DNA of 63,506 bases, the filler included, from Craspedostauros australis (lineage: Eukaryota): the NCBI GenBank assembly GCA_030167865.1. It is 10 parts of 10 records of this genome, joined end to end, with 100 filler letters (N's around TTAATTAATTAA, not from the genome) between each part and the next. Parts side by side here need not be neighbours in the genome. Positions count along the whole stretch, not along the records: positions 1 to 15,090 come from JALAGF010005503.1; 9 more parts are not named here. One strand, written 5' to 3'. Both the position numbers and the translations under genes were made by a program. Positions 1 through 13,789 of this stretch are shown one piece after another. Each line of letters opens with the position of its first letter. The stretch's first letter is position 1. Under the pieces are notes generated by a model. The model saw only the letters and a program-made list of their open reading frames with translations. It ran no database searches and had not been told where the DNA came from.

Positions 1-158
1 ACCACACAACCACACGACCACAAATCAACACGGAAGTCAACACGATGTCCCAACCGCACCTTCCTGAATTCCGCCAACTCCATCTCATAAAACCAAATCA
101 CCATCCACCTCACTCCAACTTCCTTCGAATCAACCCAACTTGACACAACAATACAACC

Positions 159-848
159 ATGCCAGCCTCAATCGCAATGCAACCAACCAACACCACCACC
201 ACAACCAACAACAATAACAAGAGAAAGAACACAAGGAAGAACCATGGCAAGTCCGTCGCCTTCCATCAAACTGTCAGAGTCAAGGAGATCATCCACATCA
301 ACGACTACGCCAACGATGAGATCGATGCTTGCTGGTGCTCAAAGCAGGACAAGATCCACACCAGACAAGACATCGCCAACACTCTCAGACAGCACAACAG
401 CAACAGCAACAGTAGTACCAACAACAGCGATCTCGACATTCGCGGCCTGGAATGCCGCACCAAGCAAGGATCTCAACAGAGACGAGCGGACCGCGATGAA
501 TCCATCTCCGCTGTCCTCGATGAACAAGATCTGCAGGAACATGAAGGATCCTCCTGTCCCGATATGATCTCAGCAGTGTATGCCGACACCACACGCAACG
601 CACAGATGAGAGCCAACGTACAAGCGATGTTGGATCATCAGGTGGTGTATTACACAGAACACGCCGACGACAAGCAGACAGCGATGGACATGGACATGAA
701 CATGACCATGGACACAGCCACAACAAGCGCAAGCACAAGCCCAAGCACCGCGATGTGCGCATCGCGTCAAGTGCAGAGTGTTGTGCTGCAGACGAACCAG
801 CAGCATCAATCCATGGTGTTCCGCAGCGTCGCCGGAAGTGCCGCTTAG
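159..848 (+). CDS. Diatom-family hypothetical protein (229 aa) with KSVxF...VRV motif
   Basis: ATG-initiated ORF preceded by CA-rich 5' leader. Motif string KSVAF-x3-VRV-x5-DY-x5-ACW...RGLE...VLDEQ..Q...ISAVY resembles a widely expanded diatom family of unknown function (recognised by eye). Confidence 0.8.
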   Translation: MPASIAMQPTNTTTTTNNNNKRKNTRKNHGKSVAFHQTVRVKEIIHINDYANDEIDACWCSKQDKIHTRQDIANTLRQHNSNSNSSTNNSDLDIRGLECRTKQGSQQRRADRDESISAVLDEQDLQEHEGSSCPDMISAVYADTTRNAQMRANVQAMLDHQVVYYTEHADDKQTAMDMDMNMTMDTATTSASTSPSTAMCASRQVQSVVLQTNQQHQSMVFRSVAGSAA

Positions 849-1735
849 AGAAGACCATATCCGTGATTGGTCAACGATGTACACTATCGTGTGTTGTAGT
901 AGAGTACATCAATCGCAACTGCAAGCACGAACATGAACAACATTCACACTCTGGACACCATACAAATACATAGATAGACACTCATAGACGCCAATAGACA
1001 TCCGTAGACATACATAGACCTGTCCATTGAACAAACTCATCATAAAGATAACTGCGATTCCAATCACATCAACTGAGAATCTTCAAACAACACAACCACT
1101 TGTATCGCTGTCAACGTCTTCTGGTGTGCACGCCACATGGACGTTCGGATTCGATACCAACGAATTGTGGATCACTCCAGGAATGCAACTCCAGAGGTAT
1201 GTTCAACATGATCAAGTTCGACCAAGGCAGCCCAGAACACTGTATCGAGTCACTGCCAGAATCCAGCACTGCCACGTGACATTGCAGCCGTCCGTATCAG
1301 ACGTTGCCTGGCAACATGGAGTTCTCCGCGATGGCGAAACTGCCCTACGCATCTTGTCAGCCATTCTTCCAGAGCCAACAAGCGATATAGTTCGTACGAG
1401 GATGCTGAGCGCATGATCTGCGAGCAGAATACACAACGAATAGTCTGGGCCTCCTGTTTTCCTGTGCCTANNNNNNNNNNNNNNNNNNNNNNNNNNNNNN
1501 NNNNNNNNNNNNNNNNNNNNCAGAATACACAACGAATAGTCTGGGCCTCCTGTTTTCCTGTGCCTACAGTTGGGATGGATCAAAAAGAGGGACCGCACAC
1601 CCCACCAGCTATTCGAGGCGAGACAGGGCAGTACTGGAGGCCATCCACAATAACGGGAGCAACAGCAGTGGAGATGAGGACTCTGCGTGGACAACAAAGA
1701 TCACGCAGATGCCATTTGTGCAAAAAAAGGGAGGA

Positions 1736-2348
1736 TGAGGAAGGAGAGCAAAAAGATGAGTGTCGGAGGGTGACAGAGGGCGATGTATCGTTCAGTCTTG
1801 TCGAGAAGGACAGTATCTGTGTGAGTCGCGGCGTTGGGGAAACAACCGCTCTAAGCACAGACAAGGGGTTTGCTCAGAGTCGTGGCTCATCAAGGACAGA
1901 GTGCGCAATCATGTCACAGCGACGGGACTCGAAGGCCGCGCCGCTCTGACATTGATGCTTCTGTTGTCTGTCAAGGCTATGATGATGCTCATAATACCAT
2001 GGAGTCCATGGGCGCAGTTTGTTGTCTGCTTTCCGCACTGCGCGCAGATGGAGGAACGGAATGGAGAACAAAGCGCAAAAACGCAACCAAGACACAGACA
2101 ACCGCGTTGTCCTGTTCTGTGTTGTTTGGGGTTGTTTTGTGGCTGAACGATTTGTTGATTCAGACGTGTAAAAAGTAGGTACACGTTTGATTAACATGTA
2201 CACGACTGAATACATGATTCCCGGAAAGACTGAAATGAAGGAGGTCGAACGCGGCATCCTATGAATACTTCTCCACAGAGAGGTATAATAGATGCTAGCA
2301 CACCGCCATTTCCAGCAACTACCACCCTCACCGTGACAGCTCTCCTCA
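1736..2348 (+). mobile_element. Probable 3' LTR of a truncated LTR retrotransposon
   Basis: Starts TGAGGA right after a polypurine tract AAAAAAAGGGAGGA (1722-1735) and ends TCCTCA (TG...CA, with 6-bp terminal inverted repeat). No second LTR or recognisable pol found. Confidence 0.45.
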
Positions 2349-2519
2349 GCTCCTCTTGATATCTGACACCATCCAGTGAGTGCCTGCAGCATTGGAGATA
2401 GGAGAGAGGGCAAACGTGAGCATTATCGCGATCCCCAATCGCTGACAGAGACAAGGCGGAGTTCTCCGGTGGATACAGCCCGCTTCGAGACATGTAATAT
2501 ATGTGAAATGCCCGTCCAA

Positions 2520-5500
2520 CTACAGCGCATCTAAGTCTACCTTCGCCATCACCGTGTGTGCCGTCGTCAAACACATCCGCGTGTCTGCCGTGTGCTTGGC
2601 GGGTCGTCGTTTCCGTCGCTGACCATTGGTTTCTCCGTCGCCACTGTCGGTACCGCCTTCCAGCATGCTTCGATCGAGAAAGTTCGGATACTTCGCCAGC
2701 ATCTGCTCTACCTTTGCCCTTGCTCCCCATTCGTTGTACAACGAGATGGCGTTTCCCAGATACTGCCGGGGCCAATAGGACTCTGTGTCATGGTCGGCGA
2801 TGCTCCCATTCTCGTACATGGCTTCGCTCGGGTTGCCTGGCGAGGACCCATGACTATGGGTACGGCTGATGCTGCCGCGTGCGTCAAAAGCCTTTGACGG
2901 CGAGGCCTTCATGAGGAAATACTCGGCAACGAGCTCATTTGCGAGCGCAGTTTCGTGGATGTAGCCAGACCTTGCGGAGAACGAGATGGCCTTGTCGTAG
3001 GCTGCCTTCACAGCCTCTTCCGATGCCTTTTGTGATGCCGCCATGGCATCTGCTTGCATGATCATATACCGATGAAGAGAGTTCCCGCCCTTTTCTTCAA
3101 TATACCTCTTCATGGTCTGTATGTGTTGCTTGGATTGGCGATAGTACTTCTTCTGTTTTCGGCGGTTGTTGGCGATACGTTGGGCCAGCCTTGACATGGT
3201 GAGTCCGCAATGGAAGACTTCGACGGACAGAACTACCATCGTGTTTGCTGATTTGCAGAGGCTCTGAAGCGGAGCGATGCATTTCTTGCCGACATCAAGA
3301 TCACCGAAGTATGTCGCCAATTGCAGGGAGGCCAAATAAGCGAACATGTCCTTGATCCATGCTCCAGGCTCAGCACGTTTGGATGACATGGAGTCCGCGA
3401 ACTGTCTCCAGTTGTCTTGTGTGAACAGTGTTGTCGGGTCATGTTTGCCTATCAGGATTACCCAGACTGCATAGGTTGGCGCAATATGGTCTTCTACTGC
3501 CTTGAGACCATAATGCTGCGTCTGTACGATCAATGTCTTCCCCGCTCGATACAGTGGAGCCAGAGGCAGACCTGCAACGAATGCAAGCAGCAAACATGCA
3601 GCCCAGCACCGATATGCTGCCTCCAGATCACCTGTCTCCATACCATCTTGCTGGCCACGACGCAAATCGGTGAAGCAGACGTGAATTGGCTCGGACCACG
3701 CGTCAATCATGGCACCTGCTGTGATGATGTAGTTCCCAAAGACGTGCTTGGATTCGATTGTGTCAATGATACTCCCGGACAACGCACGCAACCGTTTTCC
3801 GAGATCTATCTCTTTGAGCTTACCCAAAAGAATCACCGCAGTGGTACTCATGGCATGGGCGCCTTCTGCGATCAGACCATACTTGAGCATGAGCCTGACT
3901 TGACGGAATATGACGAAGATAAATGTGGCGAGTTTGTTCGCGCCATAAGCCGAGTAATTGGCCTGGTGCAGTATCTCCATTGTCAGCTTGATCTTTGGGT
4001 CGCTCATGTGAGGGAGATTCAAGACCTCTTCGTCTGTGTGATTGGCAAAGTACTTCTTCAACTTTCTGTACTCCACAATTGCGAGGAATAGATGATTCCT
4101 CACGGGGAAGGTCTTCAACAGCTTGAGCGACTCAAGCTGGAGGTCCAGCGCCTCGTGGCATCGTTCCAGACGATTCAATGCCTTCACCAACGACAAGTTC
4201 ACCAGGATCTTATCTTCCATGAACTGATCCGACCTCTCGACGATGGTCTGACACAGCATCGATCCCTTGTCGTAGTTACCAAGGGTCAGCTCGGTTTCGG
4301 ACAAGTGATGGTAGACCTCCCTGCACAGTTCATACTGCGTCTCCCAAGGATCGGCGATCTTGATCTCCAGATTCGTCAGGGCCTGGTTCAGGTACTTCGC
4401 CGCCGGAACGAACGCAGCCACACCAGCAGCAAGCTGACCGGCCTTGAGGTTGAGCTTGACGTAGTCGATGGTTGGAATGATACTGTCTGACACCGTGAGG
4501 GACGACACTTGCTCGAGATGGTCCGCAGCCATGAACCACATCCAATCTTCACCCAGCATAGGATCAGACGCGATCTCCATGAGATACTTGCCAACCCGAT
4601 ACTTCATTTGGTCGAGCCCGTCGCCTGGGGGCGTCAGCGAGAAGACCGCCTGTTGGATTCGGTCATGGACGAAGCGGAACGTCGCACCAGCGTTGGCTGT
4701 GCGTTCGGCTGGACCTGCGTCTGGATCGGTATGGAGTCTCTCCAGCAGCTCTTCCTTCACTGCCAGATTTAATGCGTCACCCACGCTCATCTCAACCACT
4801 GATAGGGTTTGCGTGGGGCCTCCACCATCTGCCTGGTTCATCTGGCGCTCCTCCATTTCCCAGTGCATCAGTGTCTCCAGCAACGACTGACGGAATGTCG
4901 ATCGCAGAAACGATGCCATCTGCAAACACTTTTGCAAATCCTCAGGCAGCGAATGCAGCTTCGATGTGATCAGATCGACGACATTAGCTGACAGGTCGAT
5001 CTCATCAGCTGCCCGCTGCTCATTCCATTCCCACTGCAGCGTATGGATATTGCGAGTCAGGACGTTGCGACGGCGCAGTTCTTCCAACGCTTGCATGGTG
5101 TAGAGTACGTTGCCTTTGGTCTTGTCATGGAGCAAATTGGCGAGCGGCGTTGTTTTTATTGTGTCCAATCGAAGTGACGATGCGAGGAGTTCTGCAGTTT
5201 GGTCGACTGTAAGATCGTTGAGGGGAATGTCGTGGATGGCCTTGCCGCTGCTCTTCCATTGTGAGACCGCTGTGGTCAGTTGATGTTGAGGATCGTTGTG
5301 TACCTCGTTGGATCGATATGACCCGATGATGAGTACATTGCGGATGGACGGATCGAGGAGGATCTCCGTAATGAGTTTGAGAGATCGCTCGTCGACCCAT
5401 TGGAGATCTAACCGTGGAATATCAGTACAGGAGTGCGAAGGTGAAAGATTGCGGGCGAGAATGGGACACAAGAGTGGTTGAGTGAGATGATGCCGTGCAG

Positions 5501-6846
5501 TGTGGTAAGGTGTGGCAGTGTCAATATGAAACGAGAGGTATGGGCAGTTGAAGCACGTAGCCGAGTCTGCAAGAAGACGCATATGTCATATATGCTGACA
5601 CTCCTTTCAACTTACCATCCAGATAGAGCACGAGGGGACGACTATCTGTGCAGATGGCCTTGAGAATGACCTTGAAGCCATACACGAGCCGCGGCCATTC
5701 TTTCTCTCTCGATCCTACGCCTCTTCGTTGGTCGGTGTCATATAGCGATTCTGTTGTCATCGACTTTGCACTGACTGACTGCTCATCAATCGACGGTGCG
5801 GCATCGTCAGTTGCTTCCAAGTCAACAGTCTGCTTGTTGCGGTTCATCATCCGAGATGGCTTGGAAACCATCTTCATCTGCTCTTGCCTGCCGACCATGT
5901 CTTCGTCGCCTGCATTGATTTGCAGACTATTTTGACATCCTTCCGCCAAGACGTTGGAAAGGCCGGGGATGATTTTGCACATGCGCCCGCGCTGGACATC
6001 GTCCACCTTGCTCCGGATGCTCTCCCTGATGCGGCTGATTTCCAGGATATCGTCAGGCTCGCCAGCCTCTCCGAGATGCTCGAAGAAACTAGACAAAGCA
6101 TCCACAATGGCCGATAAATTGCCCGCGTTGTTGAACTGATCGTACTTTCCCTTTCCAACATGGCATGGGTGCATATCTGCCTGTCTTTTGCTCTTATTGC
6201 CCTTCTCCTGTGCGGCGACATCGCTTCCGCCTGTGCTTGTAGTTGATGGTGCGATGCTCAAAGGTGCCGCTTCGACACCCAAACCCTCCAGGAAATGATT
6301 CACCAACGCAGACTTTCCTGTCCCAGAGTATCCATGTATGAGAACAACCTGCGGTTCCTTGTTGCCTTTGCCTTTGCCTGCGCTGCTTGCGTCGGCTGTC
6401 TTGGATGGTTTGCGGCAAAGGCGTGCGTAGATCGATTTCAATCGTTCCAACTCGTCTTCGCGTCCAATGAAATGGTCGAGCCGTATCCGATCCCACCGTC
6501 CGCTGCTTGTGTTGTGACCGTGATCAGTGCCATTGCCATTGCCATTCTCGTTGCCATTCTCGTTGTAGTCGACCCCGTGGAGCTCATCATCAGAATCTGA
6601 GTAGCCGTGCGCATCATCTTCGATACTGTAGATGTCGACCTTGGATTCACGCGTCGAGCTGGCGGTCTCCTTCGCAGTGTTGGTGGCGTAGTCGTCGTCC
6701 ACCTCGTCAAACGTTGTACTTTGATTGGCGGCATCCGATACAATGCCATCGGCATCGCTGCCGTGACGCAGATGCGACCCCGAAGTAGGCTGATCGCGGT
6801 CGAACGATGGGATGTGCACCATCTTTGACGAACGGTGGGAGACCAT
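2520..6846 (-). CDS. STAND-class P-loop NTPase with helical/TPR-like C-terminus (COG3899-like predicted ATPase), copy 1; exons 6846-5616 and 5407-2520, 1372 aa
   Basis: Walker A IHGYSGTGKS; GKYDQ motif; GTAAG...TAG intron 5615-5408 whose removal yields Walker B LYLDDLQWVD in frame; IIGSYRSNEV, KTKGNVLY, FRFVHDRIQQA, ETALANE and YNEWGA motifs typical of the ATPase region of bacterial kinase/ATPase/histidine-kinase hybrids. Confidence 0.9.
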
Positions 6847-8762
6847 GGGAGAAGCAGTCTGGTCGTGTTGGTTCCCAAAATGCTCGCGGCGACGATCGTC
6901 CGTTGTTTGCCAACTGTTGCGGCGGCGTCAACTTGATGATAATTGCAACCTGCCCTGACTCTGTCTCGGTTGCTTCCTCGTGTGTGAGACCGTTTGCGAT
7001 GTTGTGATGTTGTTGGAGGACCTCTCTTTGGGATTCGTCGGTGCGATGACCAAGCAATGAAGATGACAAGCAGTTGCCCGCCTCCTCCCGTCTCACGTCA
7101 CCCGAAGCATGCGTATTCAAAGGCCCACATGCGAATGGATGCATCTTGCACAGACTGAGGCGATGCTGATGCTGTTGCGTCTTGAACAACGTCGCGGCAC
7201 CGTGACGAACACATAATCCCCTTGTGTTTTTCTCTTGCGATCCAGACGCGAAGTGCCCCTCTCTCAATTCGTCGTCACCCGAACAAGAGCGACAGTGACA
7301 GGCGGTTGTCCCCGATTGCGCTCTTCGGATACCATAGCCCGCACGATGCGCGAAGATGGTGATGTTTCCTCCTTGTGCGAGAATGTCTCACGACAGGAAC
7401 ACCAGGCTCTCACCAGTCCACCCACAACCACAACCACAAACCACGCATAACCTCGTGAGTGCAGATCGTACCACACCTGCCAAACTACGAACAACATCGC
7501 GTATTGGGCTTTGAGGTCTTGTCTTCTTCGCGAGGACTTGTGCTCGTTTCGCATGGCAACGCAAGCAATCCCGCGACACAACCGTGACACGAAGCGCCAC
7601 AAAATGATGATGTCGCATTCTGGTTGGGAAACTCCATCGTGTGCGTTGTGGTGAGACAGGTAGTAACGACTAGTACGACACAAAACTATCGCGTTTGCGT
7701 TGTGCCAACCGCACACGGATGCGAACACTCCCAAACCAAACAGAAAAGAAACAGATTTCGGCGAGATCGGAACTGATTGCGGTGGGGCTTCTTCAATCCC
7801 TGTAATTATCACATCAACATTGGATACGACCATTTGTGCCCACAATACGTCTCAACGAACAGGAAACGTACAAGCCGTTCATGCGAAACTGCGCCAACCA
7901 GAATCAATCTGTTGGTTATGTGGAGAAATCATCTTTGTCGCACCTACCAAAAACGTGACCTACTATCACAGTCTAATAGGTATCCAGCCAAGGCCATCCG
8001 GGCTAGAGCACGACGAAAGATCGCTCCGCTGAACGCTCATTTCAACACTTCCCCATGATTGTGAAAGACTTAGAGTACTGTATTTTCCAATAATCTCACG
8101 GAATGCGCAAATGAGAGTGAAAGTGACACTGCAAGGGAAACAACAGTGGCGATCTCAACTGGAAGAGCAAACACAACCTCAAATGCAAGCAGAGGGATGC
8201 GATGGGGCACGTGCGCAAATATAGTCTGTGTGAAGTGCGCTACTTTGCTCCTTCTCAGACTTGCTACCATCATCAACTGTTGGCTCAGGTTGCCATTGTT
8301 CGATAAATCAAGACGCAAGCTGGAGTGTTGACATGTTGTCTCGCCTCCAACATTCTAGTTCAACTCATGTTCTCGTCAAGTAAGCTCTCACAGATCAGCA
8401 TAGATCTGCACAGATCAGCATGGATCTTCCATGGAGTAATTTGTACAAGTCAAGCACACAATTGAAGTACTTGTGGAACGTATCGTATTACGTGCAACTA
8501 ACTCCAACGCAAACTTGAGCGCGTGCTCTCAAAGTTCCAGAAATACAGTCATTCGGGACACTCTCACATTGCATAGCTATTCGCGAACAAATACGTTCGA
8601 CAAAACCACAGAAATGACAGGTTCATGTTCGTTCGAAACACATGTACAAATGGCGTCCTACATTTGCGGCATTGAAAGTAGATACTCGAGTACGAACGCG
8701 TAGTTGTTCCAGCCAGTACTATCATAAGAGCACTCTACTCGTCTCTAATACTCTGCACGGAT

Positions 8763-11700
8763 TCACAACGCATCAAAGTTCACCTCCGCCATGATTTTGT
8801 GGGCTGTTGCAACGCACATCCGCGTATCCGCAGTGTGCTTCATCATGCTTCGTTTCCGCCGCCGTTTGGTGCCCCCTCCTCCGTCTCCATTGACGCCGTC
8901 CTCGACCATGCCTCTATCGAGCAAGGTTGGATATTTCTGCAGCAAATGTTCCACCTTTGCCTTTGCTCCCCACTCGTTGTACAGCGAGATGGCATTCCCC
9001 AGATACTGCCGCGGCCAGTAAGATTCTGTATCGTCATACAACATGCTTGTGCTCTTGAAAGCCATGCTGTTGGCAGTTTCTTTCCCAATCTCCATGTTTG
9101 GGCTGTGATTGCTGTTGCCACGATCGCTTGACTCACCCTCGGTGTTCACCAGCGGCTGCTTGTGCAACAAATACTCGGCGGCAAGCTCATTCGCCAGCGC
9201 TGTCTCGTGGATATGGCCAGAGCGGGCAGAGAACGAGATGGCCTTGTCGTATGCTGCCTTCACAGCCTCTTCCGATTCCTTTCCGGATGCCGCCATGGCA
9301 TCTGCTTGCATGATCATGTATCGATGGAGAGAGGTTCCACCCTTGGTTTCGATGAACCCCTTCATGGTTTGTATATATTGCTTCGAGCGGCGATAATACT
9401 TCCGTCGCTTTCGGTTGTTGTTGGTTATTCGTTGAGCCAGCCTGGACATGACGAGTCCAGAATGGAACGCCTTGAGAGATAGGACCATCATTGAGTGCTC
9501 TGCTTTGCAAACTTGCTCAAGTGGATCGACGCACTTCTTTCCCACCTCGAGGTCACCAAAGTATGCTGCCAGTTGTATACAACTCCAACAGGTGAACATC
9601 CCTTTGATCCATTCTGAAGGCTTGGTATCTTTCACCGATATCGAGTCCACGGAACTCCTCCAGGTGTCTTGTATGCATGATGCGGCGGGGTCATTCTTGC
9701 TAGCTATGGTCATCCACATGCCGCAGGGAACCGTCAGGAACTCTTTCAGAGCATTCAGGCCGTAGTGCTCTACTTGCGCAAGGAATGATTTTACCGCCCG
9801 ACACAGTGGGACGAGAGGCAATCCAGCCACGGATGCGATGAGCAAACTGCTTGCCCAGCATCGGTATGCCGGCTCCAAGTCGCCTGTTTCCATCGCAGCG
9901 TGATGGCCTCGACGAAGGTCGGCCAGGCACACATGAACAGGCTGGGACCAAGCATCGACGTAGCTCGCCGCCGAGGCAATGTAAGCACCAAAGATGTGCT
10001 TGGATTCAGTCGCATCAATGATCCGTCTTGCCAAGGCACAGAGCCGCTTGCCCAGATCGATCTTCTTGAGGATATTGATGAGAACGACTCCGGCGCAACA
10101 GAAGGCGTAGGCTCCTTCTGCACATAGACCATGCTTCAGTGTGAGTCTGACTTGTCGGAACAGGATGAACATCAAGGTTCCAACCTGTTTCGAGCAGTGG
10201 GCTGAGAAAATCGTATGTCTCAGTAGCTCCATTGTCAGCTTCATCTTTGGGTCCGTCATGATGGAGAGATTGATTACCTCGTCGTCAGTGTGCTTGGAGA
10301 AGTAGGTATTGATCTTCTGGAGATCCCTGAGAGCCAGGAATAGATGATTCCTCACAGGGAAGGTCTTCAAAAGGTTGAGCGATTCGAGCTGCAGAACTAC
10401 CGATTCTTTGTATCGTTCCAGACGATTCAGTGCCTTGACCAACGACAAATTCACCAAGATCTTGTCCTCGATGAAGTGATCGGATCTTTCCACAATAGTT
10501 TGGCACAGCATCAATCCCTTGTCGTAGTTGCCGAGGGTCAGCTCGATCTCAGAGAGGCCGCGATAGACATCCCTGCACAATTCATATTGCGTCTCCCAAG
10601 GATCAGCGATCTTGATCTCTAGATTCGTCAAGGCTCGGTTCAGGTACTTTGCTGCCGGAACGAAAGCAGAAACACCAACTGCGAGCTGCCCAGCCTTGAG
10701 ATTGAGCTTGGTGTAGTCAATGGTTGAAATGATGTGATCAGATACCGTGAGCGACGACACGTTCTCGAGGTGGTCCGCAGCCATGAACCACATCCAGTCT
10801 TCGCCCAACATGGGATCAGATGCGATCTCCATGAGATACTTGCCCACCCGAAATTTCATTCGGTCGAGCTCGTCGCCTGGGGGTGACAGCGAGAAGGCCG
10901 CCTGCTGGATTCGATCATGAACAAAACGGAACATCGCGCCTGAGTTGACCAGGTGTTGGGTCGGACCTGCATCCGTCTCGATTCTCTCCAACAGCTCTTC
11001 CTTGACGGCCATATCCAGTGCCTCACCTACGCTCATCTCGGTCACCGACAGGGTTTTCGTGGCACCCATGCCATCTACCAGATTCAACTGACGCTCTTCG
11101 ATCTCCCAGTCCATCAACGTCTCCAACAACGACTGACGGAACGTCGATCGCAGGAATGAAGCCATCTGCAAGCACTTTTGCAGGTCCTCTGGCAGCGAAT
11201 GGAGCTTCGCCGTGATCAGGTCGACCACGTTCGCTGATAGGTCGATCTCATCGGCTGCTCGCTGCTCATCCCATTCCCACTGCGACGTGTGGATGTTGCG
11301 AGTCAAGACCTTGCGACGGCGGAGCCCCTCTAGCGCCTGCATGGTGTATAGTACGTTGCCTTTGGTCTTGTCATGGAGCAACTTCGCAAGAGGGGTTGTT
11401 TTGGTGGTATCCAACCGAAGCGACGATGCGAGAAGCTCCACAGTTTGGGTGACCGTGAGATCATTGAGGGGAATGTCGTGGATGGTCTTTCCGTTGGTTT
11501 TCCACTGTGAGACCGCTGTGGTGAGTTGATGTTGAGGATCGTTGTGTACCTCGTTGGATCGGTATGATCCGATAATGAGAAGGTTGCGGATGGAAGGATC
11601 GATCAAGATCTCAGTGATGAGCTTGAGAGATCGTTCATCAACCCATTGAAGGTCTATAGATACGAAAGATTGCGAGCGACAATGTGACACAATCGAGGTT

Positions 11701-12137
11701 TGAGCATGTGAGGTGGCGTTGTGCAGTGCGGCACAACGTGCCAACGTACTCGTACATATAGAAGAAAAGGTATGGGCGGTCCAAGAACATATCCGAGTCT
11801 GCAGCAATACGCGTGTACAAACCACGGTGCCGTCGGTTTCACTCACCGTCCAAATAGAGCACGAGAGGATGATCGTCGGTGCAGATAGCCTTGAGAATGA
11901 CCTTGAAACCGTGCACAAGTCGAGGCCATTCTTTTTCTCTTGAAGCTACAACTCCGCGTTGGTCCGCATCGAAGAGTGGTATCGTCGTCATCGATTTTGC
12001 ACCAACTGACTGTTGGTCTATCAACGGTGTCGCATGCTCCATTCCTTCCGAGCCGGCGTTGTACTTGTTGCGGTTCATCATCCGAGATGGTTGAGAAACT
12101 ATCTTAATCCGCTCCTGTCTGCTGACCACGTCTTGTT

Positions 12138-12171
<34 letters not shown>

Positions 12172-13056
12172 GTGAAGATTGCTCTGGCAGTCGCCCTCCA
12201 ACACATTGGAAAGACCAGGAATGATTCTGCACATGCGGTCACACTGATCATCGTCCACCTTGCTGCGAATGCTGTGGCGTATGCGGTTGCTCTCCGCAAC
12301 GTAATCAGGCTCGTCACCCTCCCCGAGATTCTCGAAGAAACTAGACAGAGCATCAACGATAGCTGACAAGTTGCCCGCGTTGTTGAACTGATCGTACTTT
12401 CCCTTGCCAACGTGGCATCGATGCCGATCGGCTTGTCTTTTGCCTTTTTCGGAAATCGTTTGCGCAGTGACATCATTTGCACCTGCAGTTGATGGCGCGG
12501 TGCTCGAAGGAGCCGATTTGACACCCAAACCCTCGAGGAATTGATCCACTAGTGCGGATTTTCCTGTCCCAGAGTATCCGTGTATGAGAACAACCTGCGG
12601 TTCCTTGTTGCCTTTGCCTGCGCTAGTTGCGTCGGATGTCTTGGATGGTTTGCGGCAGATGCGTCCGTAGATCGAATTCAGTCGCTCCAACTCATCTTCA
12701 CGCCCGATGAAGTGATCGAACCGTAGGCGATCCCACCGTCCGCTGCTTGTGCGTTGGCCATGCTGATCATCGGTGCCATCGGGATTCTCGTCGCGATCCA
12801 TGGCGTTGTGTTCATCATCAGAATCTGATTGGCTGTGCGCATCATCATCGTCGATGCTGTAGATGTCGATCTTGGATTCGATCGTTGGGCTGGCTGTTTC
12901 CTCCGCAGTGTTGGAGGTGGAAACGGCGATGCCGCTCTCGTGAGCAGAACGGTTGATGAATGCATCCACGCCACTCGCCCGTTGACCTTGCGAGAGCGAA
13001 GAAGAGCGCTTGAACGATGAGACGTCAAGGTGCTTTGAAGAGCGCTGGGTCACCAT
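8763..13056 (-). CDS. STAND-class P-loop NTPase/TPR-like protein, copy 2; exons 13056-11847 and 11653-8763, 1366 aa
   Basis: Tandem paralog of copy 1 with the same motifs. GTGAGT...TAG intron 11846-11654 at the identical phase-1 position in Walker B. ATG at 13056 (MVTQRSSK) aligns with MVSHRSSK of copy 1. Poly-Ala from a (GCT)n tract near 12137-12169. Confidence 0.9.
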
Positions 13057-13789
13057 GATGACTTGGTGCTTTCTGGAGTGATTGTGATTCGAATGCAACG
13101 ACGATCGCGTCCTCTCCTCCCATCATGAATGCCGATTCTATGGCTCCTCTTGTGATGCAGCCATCGGGAAGTGTGCCCTCTTGTGCACCGCCTATCGCTT
13201 TGGGCCCATCTCCGACCTGTGCATCCCCAATGGGTTTTTGTTGAGTCGCACAATGGGCGGTCTTCACGAATAGATTTGGTCATGGGTGTGATGGGTGTGT
13301 CTTTGGCTCGAGGTCCATGCAGTTTCTGCCACAAAGGGCAGCTAGACATTCCCCATGAGACACACTTGTCTACTTTATGCAACTTTTCAATTAATTAACG
13401 ATCCATATTCTGTTCGTGAGGAGCAGTCTAGAGTACTGGCTTCGCAGAACAGAGACACCTTGCGTTAAACAACAAGAGATGTCACAAGTGGCCCCTTCGC
13501 GATGACAGATTCGCTGTGTGACCTCGCAGTCCACAATTAGGATTTCTCGGCACTTCGCATCCGCTGTGCGGCGAGCATAATCGCCCTCACAAAGTCGCCC
13601 CAGCAGATGGAGATTCAAGCTTGCAACACTCACTGGTAGAATACATGATTCCAAAGACCATCACACACCTCACTGCGTAATGTAATAGTACGCGCATACT
13701 GGACACAAGGAGATGTACACCAACGGCTACGCTGGGAATCGTCCACGTTGATGAGGGTGTTATCCTGGCTGCGGCTGCCTTCCGAAACG

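Noticed and set aside
1425..1567. Direct repeats flanking N-gaps (also 16117-16246, 23388-24000, 55077-55731, 59050-59733, 62311-63040)
   Set aside because: Each pair straddles a gap and is near-identical. Best explained as overlapping contig ends or uncollapsed haplotypes, not real tandem duplications or CRISPR-like arrays.
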